Under the pieces are notes generated by a model. It had not been told where the DNA came from and made no database searches. It worked only from the letters and a program-made list of their open reading frames with translations. The translations under genes and the position numbers were made by a program. 64,000 bases of DNA from Octopus sinensis. Lineage: Eukaryota. Location of the stretch: NCBI RefSeq assembly GCF_006345805.1, contig NC_043007.1:37572001-37636000 (forward strand). Direction: 5' to 3'. Of the stretch, positions 63,840 through 64,000 are shown in pieces. Position 1 is the stretch's first letter. The number at the start of each line of letters is the position of its first letter.

Positions 63840-64000
63840 GTGTGTGTGTATGCACGTTTGCATGAAATATGTGTAGTTAACCAAAATATTTAACTTCGTA
63901 CGCCGAAACAATTCTTAGAAATATCAGTAAAATAGGAATATACATTAGGGGTTTATTAATTTTGTTTCTTGAAAGGAAAAAAATAATGATAATCCAGCTT

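Overview
This is eukaryotic DNA, very AT- and microsatellite-rich. Its repeat landscape (tRNA-headed SINEs, a CR1-type LINE, non-autonomous Helitrons, hAT MITEs) is what I associate with octopus genomes; the taxon is an inference. Two convergent protein-coding genes are supported. (1) On the + strand, the terminal coding exon (1409-1660) of an alpha-carbonic anhydrase with a hydrophobic C-terminal anchor. (2) On the - strand, a gene of about 49 kb that I assembled by splice phase: join(62128..61979, 26795..26675, 21657..21560, 17359..16840, 13656..13298), 1248 nt, 415 aa. It encodes an N-terminal region I do not recognise, 4-5 LRRs, a BC-box-like motif, an LRRC58/LRRC28-type Cys module and a C-terminal CaaX (CCLQ). 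Most interesting leads: an overlapping reading frame open for 108 codons across exons 1-3; a 24-nt microexon (or end of an alternative first exon) at 42817 that would stop the main frame (TAG TAG) but keep the overlapping frame open; a CpG-decay boundary near 42 kb; and (TA)n-embedded hairpin elements. No rRNA, intact tRNA or CRISPR array was seen. Most ORFs in the supplied track are microsatellite or SINE artefacts. Splice junctions were read by hand; repeat boundaries are approximate.
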